From Cycas panzhihuaensis (lineage: Eukaryota > Plantae > Cycadophyta): a DNA stretch of 64,000 bases. This document shows, piece by piece, positions 56,217-64,000 of this stretch. The translations under genes and the position numbers were made by a program. The notes beneath the pieces are model-generated. The model saw nothing but the letters and a program-made list of their open reading frames with translations. It had not been told where the DNA came from and made no database searches. Every line of letters begins with the position of its first letter. The stretch's first letter is position 1. The stretch is taken from positions 209,939,741 through 210,003,740 of the forward strand of contig CM041465.1 of NCBI GenBank assembly GCA_023213395.1, in the 5' to 3' direction.

Positions 56217-59200
56217 TATCATCCTCTAAATCATTTTATTATTTTATAAGTTGAAGCATCTTGTATCTTCGCAAACTCTAGATTTCTCATCCTCACAAAC
56301 TTTGTAGTTTTCAACATCCTTGTGATCAATGGAATTTTCATCCTTTTCACACAATTCAAGATTCTTCATATTTTTATGAATGTTTGCAACCTCCACTTTG
56401 TAGATTCTAATGTCTTTGCATCCTTTTCCACCTTGAAACTTTGCCAACTATGGCCTCTTTGCTTCATAGATTTAAAATTTTTGCAACCCCATGAAATGCA
56501 TCCTCCTCATGAAGTGTGGTTGGCTTTGCACTTTTTGTGGTTTCACGGACCTTCACTACACATATTGTCAAATCTTCATGACTTTATAAGCTTTCATGAA
56601 ATTGCAAGAACACACTTATTTATGAAGTTTTGGTCTCATGAGTTGCAAACTCACCCCATCACATATATTTTGAATTTTCACCAACTTGTAAAATACGAGC
56701 CTTCCACTTACCAGATTTAGAATTTTCATGACTTCCATAACATTCTTGTTATGATACACCCTATGCCATGTGTTGCTTTCTCATTTAAAAATTTTGCAAC
56801 CCTATGAAATGCATTCTCTTCATGAAGTATAATTGGCTTTGCACTCTTTATGGTTTCACGAACCTTCACTACACATAATGTCAAATCTTCTTGACTTTAT
56901 AAACTTTCATGAAATTCCAAGGACACACTTCCTCCTGAAGTTTTAGTGTTAGTCTCTCATGAGCTGTAAACTCTCACCATCTCATAGATTTTGAATTTTC
57001 ACCAACTTACAAAGTATGAGCCTTCCATCTACCAGACTTAGAATTTTCATGATTTCCATAACATTCTTGCAATGATACACCCTATGCCATGCATCACTCT
57101 CTCATTTGAAATTTTTACAACCCTAAGAAATGCATCCTCTTCATGAAGTGTGGTTGGATTTGCATTCTTTGTGGTTTCACAGACCTTCACTACACATAAT
57201 TCTAAATCTTCGTGACTTTATAAACTTTCATGAAATTGCAAGAACACACTTCCTCCTGAAGTTTTAGTGTTGGTCTCTCATGAGCTATAAACTCTCACCA
57301 TCTCATAGATTTTGAATTTTCATCAACTTGTAAAGTATGAGCCTTCCACCTACTAGACTTAGAATTTTCATGACTTCCATAATATTCTTACTATGATACA
57401 CCCTATGCCATGTGCCAATCTCTCATTTGAAAATTTTATAACCCTATGAAATGCACCCTCTTCATGAAGTGTGGTTCACTTTGCACTTTTGTGGTTTCAC
57501 GAACCTTCACTACACATAATGTCAAATCTTTGTGACTTTATAAACTTTCATGAAATTGCAAGAAGAAACTTCCTCCTGAAGGTTTAGTGTTAGTCTCTCA
57601 TGAGCTGTAAACTCTCACCATCTCATAGAAGGTTTAGTGTTAGTCACTCATGAGCTGTAAACTCTCACCATCTCATAGATTTTGAACTCTCATCAACTTG
57701 CAAAGTATGAACCTTCCACCTACCAGACTTAGAATTATCATGACTTCTATAAGATTCTTACTATGATACACCCTATGCCATGTGTCACTCTCCCATTTGA
57801 AAAATTTTCAATGCTATGAAATGAATCCTCTTCATGAAGTGCAGTTGGATTTGTATTCTTTGTAGTTTCACATACCTTCACTATATATAATGTCAAATTT
57901 TCTCATGAGTTGTAAACTCTCACCATCTCATAGATTTTGAATTTTCACAAACTTACAAAGTATGAGCCTTCTACTTATAAGTATAGAATTTTCATGACCT
58001 TCATAAAATTTGTGCCTTCTTCATGAAGTGCGGTTCACTTTTCACTTTTGTGGTTTCACGAACCTTCACTACACATAATGTTAAATCTTTGTGACTTTAT
58101 AAACTTTCATGAAATTGCAAGAAGAAACTTCCTCCTGAAGGTTTAGTGTTAGTCTCTCATGAGCTGTAAACTCTCACCATCTCATAGAAGGTTTAGTGTT
58201 AGTCACTCATGAGCTGTAAACTCTCACCATCTCATAGATTTTGAACTCTCATCAACTTGCAAAGTATGAACCTTCCACCTACCAGACTTAGAATTATCAT
58301 GACTTCTATAAGATTCTTGCTATGATACACCCTATGCCATGTGTCACTCTCCCATTTGAAAAATTTTCAATGCTATGAAATGAATCCTCTTCATGAAGTG
58401 TAGTTGGATTTGTATTCTTTGTAGTTTCACATACCTTCACTATATATAATGTCAAATTTTCTCATGAGTTGTAAACTCTCACCATCTCATAGATTTTGAA
58501 TTTTCACAAACTTGCAAAGTATGAGCCTTCTACTTATAAGTATAGAATTTTCATGACCTTCATAAAATTTGTGCTATAATACACCATGTGCCACTCTCTC
58601 ATTTGGATTATGCACTTTGTCACCATGTGGATAAAATTTATACATTTGATCCAACAAACTAATAACTTATTTCCATATATAAACCTTGTGAAATTCCCTT
58701 ACCTTATGCATGTGGGATAAACTTGTTAATCGTTGCCTATGTAAACTAAAGCAAAACCTAGACTTCAAATACTTATAACTTCCTACCTACTAGTCTAAAT
58801 CTAGTATCTTCAAGCTCATTGGAAAATACTTTCCAACCATACACTTCTCCAAATTTATCATCATGCCTAATAGTACTAAAATGTATTATAAACTTATAGG
58901 CTTGTGAAGTCCAAAAACATGACTTCAGAGCTCTATGCTTCTTATTAATGAATTACACAGTAGGGAGGTGATTCTCTTACATCATTATCCCTTTATTTTA
59001 AAAAAGTTGATCCTTTTGGATCAATAGTGCCTTTACTATACTTCATCAAATTTATATCTAATGTCCAAGAATTGTATATACTTAGTAGCCGTCTTAACTT
59101 AACCAAATGCATTTTATAGTTCCTATTATGATACATGTAAGTCATGTATCAACTACCTTCTCAATTCCACCCTCTTCTTCTTTAGGATTTATTTGAACAC

Positions 59201-59881
59201 TTCATCCTATACATTCTTTTCCTATTGTATCTTAGTATTTATTTGATGATAATCATATAGGATTACTATATTGAAAATTAGATTTATAACTAATTCCTTA
59301 GGTAAATAAAATAAATATGTATTGTCATTTTACTTCTTCAATATTCTGCATGCCCTAATCTTCTTAGGATTTAATTTATTATATGTGCTTCAGAGATATA
59401 TTTCCTTCCAAATATATACCATGATGTCATCTTCAAGCACATATTTTTTCTCTCTTCTATGTGTGTTTGCATCCTACTTATATTTCATATTCATTTCTTT
59501 TAGCTTTTGTCTAACCTATTGTTGGACTTCTTTGATCTAATCTATAAATTACTCAATATCTTAGGTACCCTTTTATCACTTATAGTAATGAAATTAAATT
59601 GATGATAAGATGTAGATTTCTCCCATATATGTATATATAAAGTAGAAACTTAAATGTGGATTGATTTACATTTGAATTAAATGTAAACTTGGCTTGTGGT
59701 AGAACTAGACCCCACTACTTAAGGCAATCACTTATTAGGCTTCAAGTTTCCTAAGCTCCTATTTACTATCTCTACCTAGTCGTCAATCTATTGATGGTAC
59801 ATAACTAAACTATAATTTGCTATCATACCTCTTCCATAACTCTAGAAATTGCTTTAAAAATCTATATCTTCATCATTAATA
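56217..59881 (-). mobile_element. CRM-like chromovirus remnant L: integrase C-half, chromodomain-like region, 3' tandem array, putative PPT and LTR start at 56216
   Basis: - strand ~59640-59790 reads VEIVNRSLGNL..*WGLVLPQAKFTFNSNVNQST, typical of CRM integrase (EVVNRSLGNLLR..WDL.LPQAEFAYNSSVN.STG); AGAGGATGATA followed by TGTAGTAGTACAGCCCC at 56227-56200. Confidence 0.65.
56475..58610. repeat. Tandem array, ~313-321-bp monomer, with a near-identical 559-bp higher-order duplication
   Basis: Monomer starts ~56475, 56788, 57109, 57430, 57801; 57461-58015 repeated at 58020-58574. Confidence 0.95.
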
Positions 59882-60426
59882 TGTTGAATATGGCATTTAG
59901 CCTACATAAACCATGATCTAGAAAGATATTCTACTCTAGTTCTAGAATCAAGAAGATTAACATGAATAATGAAAGCTTCTCAAGTAAACAAGATAATAAA
60001 TCAAAACATGAAAGAGCATGAGCAAAATGATACCAAAATATAGAGGAGATGGAATTGGCCTAATCTCCAAATGAATATCAATTTGATTAGCAAACCGACA
60101 GTATAACAATACATCTTAAACTCTGTATAAGACACATGAGAAGTTGTCTCTATATATAGAGTTATAGAAGAGGCCTAAGATGTTAGATGTTTTATAATTT
60201 TCAAACATCTAAGCTCCATCCTTTGCATGTAAGACATGTGTCCTTTTGGACACTCAAGTGAGTAAAAGTGCATAAGGGTCATGTTAACCCTTAAGTCACA
60301 ATGATATGTCACTAGAAAAGAATGTGGGTGTATGCTTTATTACTTAAGTGATAAATCACCCCACAAAGTATAAATATATATGAAAATAAAGTACATATGC
60401 TTAACATGTAAATATAAATTTTAACA
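59882..60426 (-). repeat. 3' LTR of Copia J
   Basis: PPT AAGGGGAGG (60427-60435) then TGTTAA on - strand; far end TTCAACA at 59882, where L integrase resumes. Confidence 0.75.
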
Positions 60427-60469
60427 CCTCCCCTTACTATTTACAATGTTAATCCGGACCCCTTGACCT

Positions 60470-63400
60470 TCTTTAAATTTTACAAACTTTTCTCTACCAA
60501 GTGGCTTGGTAAAGATATCTATTGTTTGCTACTTTGTACATCTGTAATGAAGGTTGATCTCATCGTTCTGCACATGTTCTCTAATGAAGTGGTGATGAAC
60601 CTCTATGTGCTTGGTTTGTGCATAAAAACTAGGATTCTTTATCAACTTAAGCACACTTTGATTATCATAATATAGCCTGGTGGGGTGATCCTGCTTAAGT
60701 CCAAGCTCTCTAAAATTCTGTCGAAGCCAAATAGCCTCACAAACTGCGTTGACTATAGCTTTGTGCTCTTCTTTCATGGAAGACAAGGTAACATTAGGTT
60801 GCTTCTTACAACTCCATAAAACGACTCCAAAACTAAGGCTAAAACTGTATCTCAAGGTTGATCTCTCACTATCCTAGCATCTTGCCTAATCAGAGTCTGA
60901 GAACCCTTCCAAGATGATATTCTCATTGTGTACATATTAAAGGCCATGCTACAATGTGCTTTTAATGTATTTTAGTATGTGTTTTGTTGCATTCTAATAT
61001 TTCTGATTGGGGTGAGATATGTATCTGGAGTAAATCTCAATAATAAATTAAACGTCCAGTCTAATGTTGGTGAGGTAGATTAGGCTACCAACTAGTTGTT
61101 AGAAAAGAGTGGGATCTGCAGATTCATCTTCCTCATTGAGAGTCAACTTTATTCCATTTTCCATAGGTGTAAGCGCTGGTTTACAGTCATGCATCCTGAA
61201 TTGCTGCAAAATATCTCAAAAATATTTTACTTGGGAGATGAAGATATAGCCTAGTTGTTGCCATACCTCAAAGCCTAAAAAATAATGGGGAAGCCTAAGA
61301 TCCATCATCTCAAAACTAATCTTCAAGTCACGTTAGAGAATCTAAATCATCTTAGTGTCATTACCAGTGATCACTACGTTACCAATGCACAAGACAATAA
61401 AAATAACATGGTCCTTCCCAACTTTGATGTATAAGTTTGGATCTGATGTAGATCAATGATATCCATGTCTCGAGAAATAATTATTGATTTTTGAGTACTA
61501 TGCTCGTGGGGCTTATTTTAAGCCATACAAAGCCTTTTTTAAGTAACAAACTATATGTTCTTTGCCTTGTACTTTATGACCAGGAGGTTCCTCCAAATAT
61601 ACCTCCTCTTGAAGATTGTCATTGAGGAAGATGCTCTTCATGTCTATCTGAAAAATTAGATATTTGCATTAAGTAACTAAGACTAAGATGAGTCTAATGG
61701 TGTTCATTTTTGTAACAGGTGTAAATGTTTCCTCATAATCAATGCCTTCTTTCTATTTGAAGCCCTTTGTAACAAGTCAAGCCTTTTAGCACTTAAGTGT
61801 CCTATCAGAGTGGAATTTGGTTTTGTAGACCCATTTTCAACTGATTGCCTATTTGTATTTAGGCAATTCTACCAAATCTCATATTCTATTCTTTTCAATA
61901 GAATGGATTTCTTCATCCATGATAGTCTTCTAATTTTCATTTTCATATGCCTCCTTAAAAGTGAAAGGCTCATCAGCATAGAACACTTCAGCCATAAGTG
62001 CATAATTGATTTGCTACTGATATTTTAATGGATATTTCCCTTCAATAATCTAGTTGTCCTGGATAGTTTGAGTATACCATTTGGGTAGCTTTTTGACTGA
62101 TGTGACTTGAACCTCAATATCTTTTAGTTAGAGTAGTTGATCAACAGCAGATGTGCTAGGATCAAGTGGAGCAAATTCTGATGATGTAGAAGGGAAGCTG
62201 GTGCAGATGATATGCATGGTATGGAAATTTGAGAGGGAAGTCTTCAAGAGGAGGTTGGATGGATATTGATTCCAACTCCTTATATTCATCTTTGGCAAAG
62301 ATTACATCTCCTGAGAGATACATTTTCTTACCAACAGGATCATATAATATGTATGCCTTACTGTAAATGGCATAACCTACAAAGATATAAGACTATGTTT
62401 ATCTAGCTTAGATCTTTGTTGATTGAGGATGTGCATATATGCAGTGCACCCAAACGTCTTCAAATGACTAACAGTAGGGTTTTTGTCAGACCAAGCCTCC
62501 TCTAGTGTGATGTTAGTCACTGCTGATGTAGCACTTCAATTTGCCACATAGGCAGTTGTGTGAAATGCTTCTGCCCAATAAGCTCGTAAAAGTCCTTTTG
62601 CATGCAGCATAGCTCTGACTTTATTTGCCAAAGTCCTATTCATTTGTTCAGAGACTCCATTTTATTGAAGAGTATAAGGAACTATGAGCTGTCTCCAATG
62701 TCATTATACTTGCAGAAGTGAATGAATTCCTTTGAAGTGAATTCACCCATTGTATGATCTTAAAATCTTGATTGAGTGGCTAGATTTATTCTCCACTTCA
62801 AGTTTGAATTCTCTAAACTTTTAGAATACTTCATATTTCTGTTTAATGAAATAAACCCAAACTTTATAAAAAATCATCTATAGAGGAGATGCAGTATAAT
62901 GCCCCTCCAAATATGTCATGAACATAGGTCCACATAAATTTGAATGAATTAGCTACAAGGTATATGACGCATACCATGCTTTGTCTTTAAGAAAAAGTTG
63001 TTGATGTTGTGACCCCATAATATAAGTTTCACAAAGACATCTTGATCCATAAAGTCTTGGAAGCCCATGCACCATGTTTTTGTTCATCATCATCTTAATG
63101 TTGTCTAAGATTAAGTGACCTAGACGATGATGCCAAAGTTGGATCTTTGACATTGATTAAGTGGCAGAATATGCAGTATCAAATGTAATATTGTTTGCAT
63201 CCATTTTATAAAGCCCATGGTCTTTATGACCAATGGCCACCACCTAATCATACTTGTCACTAATAATACATTTCCCACTTTTATACAAAATGCCCATCTG
63301 TTGCTTATCCGATTGGTTAACAAATAGTAGGCTCTTCTCTATGGAAGGGATTAAGTTGGCATCTCTAGTGGGAAATGTAGATGAAGGATTTGAACAAGAA

Positions 63401-64000
63401 TAAAATGAGGCAACTTTGCCTATACCTAAAATCTGAACTAATTCATTGCTACCAAAGGTCACCGATTGAACCATTCCTTCTTTGATGTCATAGAGTAGTT
63501 CTTCACTCCTTGTCATATAATGAGATGCACTTGAATCGATGATCCATGTTTGATCAATATTTGATGTATGATAATCATAAAATAGCTTATCCTCATCTAT
63601 GAACTGATTAGAGTGGCATTGATTTCCACCTCTGAAACCCCCCCTTCCTCTTTGACCTCCTCGATATGCACCTCAATTTGGTCAAAGGGGTTGTTGTTGT
63701 TGTTGCTGAAAGTGTTGCTGCTATTGGAACTGCTGATAAGGCTACTATTACCTTTGATGCTATTGGTATGGCTATTGTTGTTTGTGCTATTAGAGATTAG
63801 CTTTCTTTTTTCAACATTCAGGAGCTATGTGGGCAACCTTGCTACAATAATGATAGATAACATTGTCTTTTAAGGTGTCAATATTTATGTTCCTAAACTA
63901 TTTTATGAGTGAAGGTTTAGGACCTTTCTTGGTTTTCAACTTGGCCATAAATACTCCTAATGTAGATGGTTCATCATTTTCCCTAAGGTAGATTTTCAAC
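60470..64000 (-). pseudogene. gag-pol: Copia J gag-pol (gag C-terminus, PR, GAG-pre-integrase, INT, RT, RNase H); continues beyond window
   Basis: WIIDSSASHYMT (~63512-63547), LWHHRLGHL, HSNLCGP, WAEAFHTAAY, LYGLK*APRA, YFLGFEV, SDSD*A, QTKHIEVHHHFIRE. Confidence 0.94.

Noticed and set aside
56322-56720. 132-aa His-rich ORF in the tandem array
   Set aside because: The frame is not maintained in neighbouring monomers and has no recognisable domain
63613-63873. Leu-rich signal or TM-like ORF
   Set aside because: Antisense shadow of the CAA/CAG-rich tract in J gag

Overview
This is AT-rich plant heterochromatin-type DNA with no intact host gene, no RNA gene and no CRISPR array. Almost the whole window is a stack of decayed, nested LTR retrotransposons, reconstructed here by eye from LTR pairs, PBS/PPT sites, target-site duplications (TSDs) and interrupted reading frames. 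Main nest: chromovirus Ty3/gypsy A (4316-25989, -) contains non-chromovirus gypsy B (6685-21621, +). B's 5' LTR contains Copia C (7010-12760, +), whose leader contains a GC-rich solo-LTR-like insert. Second nest: gypsy F (+) contains Copia E (31904-41571, -), which contains a deleted chromovirus D (34089-38719, +) of the same family as A. Further right are a Copia fragment G, chromovirus remnant I split by the non-autonomous Copia-derived element H (48246-52827, -), a CRM-like remnant L with a 2.1-kb tandem array in its 3' region, and Copia J inserted into L's integrase. The most notable observations are: (i) H carries an apparently spliced CDPK gene fragment antisense in its leader; (ii) H is flanked by a ~127-bp duplication instead of a 5-bp TSD; (iii) A and D share a decayed protein-like ORF upstream of gag; (iv) a ~320-bp satellite-like array with a recent 559-bp higher-order duplication sits inside L; (v) there are hairpin arrays in B and in the solo LTR. 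Pervasive C>T/G>A decay points to long-term methylation, and the pattern resembles large gymnosperm genomes (inference only). All identities are hand estimates and no database searches were run.
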